From positions 9,533 to 73,532 of the forward strand of contig CBDAFS010000011.1 in NCBI GenBank assembly GCA_965195285.1: a stretch of 64,000 nucleotides of DNA, in the 5' to 3' direction. The notes under the pieces were generated by a model. That model did no database searches, was not told the origin of the DNA, and was given only the letters and a program-made list of their open reading frames with translations. This stretch comes from an uncultured Aminicenantes bacterium (lineage in GTDB: Bacteria; Acidobacteriota; Aminicenantia; UBA2199). Both the position numbers and the translations under genes were made by a program. Each line of letters opens with the position of its first letter. Position 1 is the stretch's first letter. This document shows, piece after piece, positions 59,357 through 64,000 of the stretch.

Positions 59357-62300
59357 TCCCGGTTTTTGTTCTTGGATTCATTGTCCTTATGGTCGCGATC
59401 ATGATCTTTTTTGATCCGGGGAAAATTTCAATTCCGACAGTCCGGCAAAAACTGGCTGCTAATGTAGAGAAAATCGAAGCCCGTATCAGCAGTCAGATCC
59501 TCGAACTGGAAAAAAGAGCAGAATATCTATGTGAAAAATATACACGGGATCAACTGGAGCATTCCGAGCTGCAGGATCAGGAATCGCTCCTTATGGAAAA
59601 AAATGGAGTGGTGAGTGAATATTATGGAGAGATCTACTATTTCAAATTCAAACCCCGGGCAACTGAAACCTGGAGTTTGATCAGAAAAAACAAGGACATC
59701 TATTTTATAAAAAACTGCGGCAACCATATTTACTATGTCAGATTTTTCTTCAAAATTGATCGCAATGATTATCTGGCTCAACTGACATATCCATTCCTGG
59801 AAGCTGAATTCAAATTTTTTGAGCCCATGCTTCCCGCTAATAAGGATGAATTTCAATTGGATGATATCAAGGCCATGTTTTTCTATTCACACCTGATGCG
59901 GTCATTTAACAATCAGGTAATGCTTTTTTTGAAATTTTCAAAGAATGATATTCTGCAGTTCTACCACAAGCGACGAAATTTATACCTGTTTGTGGGCCTC
60001 CTGTTGTTTCTCATGCTGAGTCTGTTTTATATCAGGAGGAAAAAGCTGAAAATAGCCCGCTTTCTTTTTGTCTTCCTGGTCCCGGCAATATTTATTGTCG
60101 GTTATATCATTATTTCCGGGCGGGTGAAACCGGACCTGTATATTCACTTGCCGATTGGGAATCTCAATTCAATATTCGAGTTGGGTGTTCTGGTTTTATT
60201 CATATTAATCCTGGTAACCTGGTTGACTACCGGTTTCCGAAAAATACTGGGCAATCCAATCGTTTCATTTTTTCTGTTCAATGGTTTGGTCATGGTCATC
60301 CTGATCATTTGCAGCCGGATTTTGGCCTCTCTGAACTTTCTCTACACGAATTTTAATTTCGAGATAGAGTATTTGATGCTGCTACTCATCTTGCTGTTTT
60401 TGCATTTGATTCCCCTCCTGGTGATGAGGTTTGTTTCAATCCAGTCCAGAACCACGGTCATGGTGATGGGTATTGCCAGCCTTCAACTGTTGGCCGGGCT
60501 GGCCATGATACTGGGCCTCGGGTTTCAGGTCCTCAGTGTTATTGCTTTTTCCCTGGCCTTTTTGGGTATCCTTTTTTTGGAAAAAAAATTCATATTGAAG
60601 CTGTTGCTGCTCTTTCTGATTTCGGTTTCGGTTTTCCAGGTGATTCAATATAATGCCCTGGAAGAAAAAAAGGAGTTTATTGCCCGGAACCTCAAACCGA
60701 TTTTTCTTAACCAGAGTAATTACGCCAAATTGCTTGTCCGGGAAATTGTCCATGAACTCAACCGCTATAAAGACAATTTCCCTGATTTCTTCCAGGGTGA
60801 TTGGTCATCCAAACTGGAAGCGATCTGGAGGGGGAGCCTGGCTTCCCGGGAGAATATTGCTTCGGGAATTTTCATTCTCTCAAAGGGGGGGGAACTGAAA
60901 AGTTCTTATTCCTATCTGGTTCCGTTTTTAAAAGCCGAACCCTACCGTAAATTTCCGCTTTGGGCAATAGAGGATACCACAGCCGAAGTTTATGGAAAAA
61001 AACTCTCCCTGGCGGTTGCAACCACCAGTGTATTTAACCAATATGATTTTCTGGGCCGCATCATTGTTCAGGTTTTAAATTCCTCTGACCTGATTCTCAG
61101 AAGCCGGGACCGACTCAATATTTTCACCCTCAACCGAAAGATTGATGGGACTAATCTGAGTTATATCACCTTGAATGAGAGAAATCAGATTTTGGAAAAT
61201 CCGGCGAACATCAATCTTAAAAATATTGCCGGGATCATCAAGTTCAATAACCAGTGGATCCGATTTAAATTCATGGGCCTGGATTTTACCGGTTATATCT
61301 TTGAACAGAACAGCAATGCCATTATTATTTTTTTCCCCGAAAATTCCCCGGTGAAAGAATTGTCCGAGCTCATTCGTATCTTTCTACTGTTTTCAGGGAT
61401 TTTTCTGCTGATCAATATAAAAGAGCTGAGACATTTGCAGTGGGCCAGAATATACTATTCCTTTTCCGTACGGGTGTTTGTTATTTTAATCTTAATCTCT
61501 TTCTTAACTGCCATTATCTATTCTGTTTTTTCCTCTGATTTTTATTCCAGGTCAGCTGAAATCCAGTCCAGGCATTCCATATTGGAACGTGGAAGAACTG
61601 CTCAGAATATCGGGAATAACTTTGTCGAAGAGAGCGGTGAGTTAACCCTGAACCAGATATTTTTACTCTCCTCGATTTTAAATAAGGATGTGAATGTATA
61701 CGACCGGGGTGAATTGCTTTTTACCTCCAATTACCGGAAAATCATTCAATCGACCATCCCCGAATTCCTGCATTCCAATATACTGCATCTACTGAATAAA
61801 AAAAATCAAGAATTTGTTCTGGTAAACCGAAATGACGGATTCAGTCTGTTTTTTAAAATTTATGATTATATTTTCAATATTGAATTCCTCACCGCCCGCA
61901 AGGATTTCATCCCTGAGAAGCGCCAGTATACCGATTTTATTATTGTCCTCTTCTTTCTGTTGTTGATGATCGGGAGCACCTCCGCCTTCTTTTTCCGGAA
62001 TAAGATTATCTCTCCTATCGAGGAATTGAACAGGGGTATGGAAGAAGTTGAGCGGGGGAATTTGACCCATTTGGATAAGGTCCCTTCTGAAATAGAATTG
62101 AAAAGTTTGTATCTGGGTTTTAATTCCATGGTGGATGGAATCAAGGAACAGAAGAAAAATATCTCGGAAATATCCCGGATGAAGACCCTGCTGAAAATGG
62201 GTCGGCGAGTAGCCCATGAAGTAAAAAATCCACTGACCCCCATCAAATTGTCTGCTGAACAAATCCTGAGATCCATCCAGGACAAGCGAAAAGGTTATGA

Positions 62301-62853
62301 AGACATGATTGAGAAATCAGTCAATTTTATCATCGATGAGTCCGAACACCTCAAAAAAGTATCCTACGGCTTCCTGGATTTCTCTCGCCTGGATGAAATC
62401 AATCCCGAACCTTTCAATCTGCTCCGGGTGGTCAATGAAGAGGTGACCAGTTTTAAATCCCTGTATCCCAAAATCAATTTCATTACCCAGAGCCAGGGTA
62501 AGAATTTTGAGGTCTATTTGGATAAATTAAAGATCAGGCAGGTGGTCAAGAACATACTGATCAACTCCATTGAGGCCATTGGTGATAAACAGGGTAGAAT
62601 TCAGATAAGTGTTAAGGAGATGGCTGAAAGGGTCATCATTGAGATCATTGATAATGGCAGTGGGCTGGACAGTCGAGAGCTGGAGTTCATTTTTAACGAG
62701 GATTACTCCACCAAGGAAATCGGTACCGGCCTGGGTTTGTTTATCGTTAAAAGGATAGTAGATCTCCATCAGGGACAGATCGAGATCAAGTCTAAAAAAG
62801 ACAGGGGAACCACGGTTATTCTGAATCTGGCCAAACATGTTAAGAAAACCTGA
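59320..62853 (+). CDS. Large polytopic membrane sensor histidine kinase (NtrY-like HAMP-HisKA-HATPase C-terminus)
   Basis: About 10 TM segments, HAMP (SPIEEL...FNSM), RRVAHEVKNPLTPIKLSAE, NILINSIEA, DNGSG, STKEIGTGLGL. Confidence 0.9.
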   Translation: METLLSKRSKNLIPVFVLGFIVLMVAIMIFFDPGKISIPTVRQKLAANVEKIEARISSQILELEKRAEYLCEKYTRDQLEHSELQDQESLLMEKNGVVSEYYGEIYYFKFKPRATETWSLIRKNKDIYFIKNCGNHIYYVRFFFKIDRNDYLAQLTYPFLEAEFKFFEPMLPANKDEFQLDDIKAMFFYSHLMRSFNNQVMLFLKFSKNDILQFYHKRRNLYLFVGLLLFLMLSLFYIRRKKLKIARFLFVFLVPAIFIVGYIIISGRVKPDLYIHLPIGNLNSIFELGVLVLFILILVTWLTTGFRKILGNPIVSFFLFNGLVMVILIICSRILASLNFLYTNFNFEIEYLMLLLILLFLHLIPLLVMRFVSIQSRTTVMVMGIASLQLLAGLAMILGLGFQVLSVIAFSLAFLGILFLEKKFILKLLLLFLISVSVFQVIQYNALEEKKEFIARNLKPIFLNQSNYAKLLVREIVHELNRYKDNFPDFFQGDWSSKLEAIWRGSLASRENIASGIFILSKGGELKSSYSYLVPFLKAEPYRKFPLWAIEDTTAEVYGKKLSLAVATTSVFNQYDFLGRIIVQVLNSSDLILRSRDRLNIFTLNRKIDGTNLSYITLNERNQILENPANINLKNIAGIIKFNNQWIRFKFMGLDFTGYIFEQNSNAIIIFFPENSPVKELSELIRIFLLFSGIFLLINIKELRHLQWARIYYSFSVRVFVILILISFLTAIIYSVFSSDFYSRSAEIQSRHSILERGRTAQNIGNNFVEESGELTLNQIFLLSSILNKDVNVYDRGELLFTSNYRKIIQSTIPEFLHSNILHLLNKKNQEFVLVNRNDGFSLFFKIYDYIFNIEFLTARKDFIPEKRQYTDFIIVLFFLLLMIGSTSAFFFRNKIISPIEELNRGMEEVERGNLTHLDKVPSEIELKSLYLGFNSMVDGIKEQKKNISEISRMKTLLKMGRRVAHEVKNPLTPIKLSAEQILRSIQDKRKGYEDMIEKSVNFIIDESEHLKKVSYGFLDFSRLDEINPEPFNLLRVVNEEVTSFKSLYPKINFITQSQGKNFEVYLDKLKIRQVVKNILINSIEAIGDKQGRIQISVKEMAERVIIEIIDNGSGLDSRELEFIFNEDYSTKEIGTGLGLFIVKRIVDLHQGQIEIKSKKDRGTTVILNLAKHVKKT

Positions 62854-63742
62854 AAGATTAAAACAAGGCGATAAGATCGGAATTTTTGTCCCTGCCTCTC
62901 CGGTCCGGGATTCCTTTCGTCAAAAGGGCATGGCCAAGCTGGAACAATTGGGTTATGAACCGGTGGAAGTTGACCGCATTCTGGCCCGGCAGGAGTTCGT
63001 CGCCAAACCGGTTGAAGAGAACCTGGACGATATTCAGCATCTGTTGGATCGCATTGATATCAGGGCCTTATGGGCGGCCCGGGGAGGCTACGGTTCAAAT
63101 TACCTGCTTCCCCATTTAAAAAAACTGGAGATCGAAAAACCGAAGATTGTGATAGGTTCTTCGGATGTCAGTTACCTGCTCTGGTATATGCTGGAGCATT
63201 TCAATATGGTTGTGTTTTATGGTCCCATGGCATTTTCCGCTCTGGCCGAAAACCGGGTAAATTTGGGGCAACTACAGGCGGTTTTAAGCGGAACAGAGCC
63301 GGAAATGAAAATCGAGGGACGGGTTTTAATTCCGGGCCGGGCCAGGGGGATTTTAACCGGGGGCTGTTTATCCAATCTGGTTTCCTTGATCGGGACTCCC
63401 TTTTTCCCGGAAATCCGGCAGCGAATCCTGTTGCTGGAGGATGTCAACGAAAGGCCTTACCGGTTGGACCGGATGTTGTGGCAACTGGATCAAATCGGGG
63501 TCTTTCAAAAGATCAGGGGATTGGTGCTGGGAGAATTCCCGGATTGCTTTAAAGATGACCGGGAAAAAGAAAGTTTTTTTTCACGGCTGGGTGATTATTT
63601 AAGTGGTGTCAGTATCCCGGTATTGGTTGATCTGCCCCTGGGTCATTCCGATTCGGTTCAAACAATTCCGCTGGGCATTGAGGTTGAAATGGACACCTCG
63701 GATCGCAGTGGATTAATCTTGAGGGAAAATGCCGTTGAATAA
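62837..63742 (+). CDS. ldcA: LD-carboxypeptidase (peptidase S66)
   Basis: VPASP, ARGGYGS, GSSDVS, GGCLS, LLEDVNERPYRLDRML, GHS. Confidence 0.9.
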   Translation: MLRKPERLKQGDKIGIFVPASPVRDSFRQKGMAKLEQLGYEPVEVDRILARQEFVAKPVEENLDDIQHLLDRIDIRALWAARGGYGSNYLLPHLKKLEIEKPKIVIGSSDVSYLLWYMLEHFNMVVFYGPMAFSALAENRVNLGQLQAVLSGTEPEMKIEGRVLIPGRARGILTGGCLSNLVSLIGTPFFPEIRQRILLLEDVNERPYRLDRMLWQLDQIGVFQKIRGLVLGEFPDCFKDDREKESFFSRLGDYLSGVSIPVLVDLPLGHSDSVQTIPLGIEVEMDTSDRSGLILRENAVE

Positions 63743-63761
63743 CACCCTGTCACACCGGGTT

Positions 63762-64000
63762 ATGAAAGTGTTTTTGAGCGGTATTGCCGGCACCGGTATG
63801 AGTTCCCTGGCTGGTTTATTCAGTCAGAAGGAGCACGATGTCTATGGCTCGGATAGTCAATATTATCCGCCGGTTGATCAAATACTTGAAAAAATGAAGG
63901 CCAGGACATTTCAAGGCTTCGACCCGGCCAACATCCCGGCCGATGTGGATCTGTGTGTGATCGGGAATGTTATTTCCAGGGGAAATCCTGAGGCTGAGTT
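63762..64000 (+). CDS. mpl: Murein tripeptide ligase Mpl / MurC-like (3'-partial)
   Basis: Manual translation: MKVFLSGIAGTGMSSLAGLF...GSDSQYYPP...VIGNVISRGNPEAE, the Mpl-type N-terminus; follows ldcA. Confidence 0.8.
   Translation, partial: MKVFLSGIAGTGMSSLAGLFSQKEHDVYGSDSQYYPPVDQILEKMKARTFQGFDPANIPADVDLCVIGNVISRGNPEAE

Overview
Gene-dense bacterial chromosome segment from a diderm, LPS-producing organism. The gene repertoire (VWFA-type secreted protein, VPS10/BNR hydrolase, TPR-bearing Hanks kinases) suggests an Aminicenantes/Acidobacteriota-like lineage; this is an inference. It runs from the 3' part of rpoC through folE, nadC-nadB and groES-groEL, an AT-richer accessory block (15.7-21.5 kb), the RNase P RNA gene, an envelope cluster (lptC/A-like, lepB, gmd, ispH, bamA-skp-fabZ-lpxA-gnnA-like), hydrolases and transporters, two paralogous membrane Ser/Thr kinases, a vapBC pair and a GH20 hexosaminidase, and ends in ldcA-mpl. 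No rRNA, tRNA, CRISPR array, prophage or intact transposase was seen. The strongest signal is in the two kinase genes. Both carry the same two GTAG-type REP-like palindromes translated in frame inside the catalytic domain, one in the alphaD-alphaE loop and one in the activation loop. Each palindrome lies in a tract of near-identical DNA within otherwise synonymously diverged paralogs. Other observations: a probable RAYT-transposase tail remnant next to rnpB, a gene that appears to have captured a kinase start, rnpB overlapping the end of a protein gene, and several likely leaderless mRNAs.
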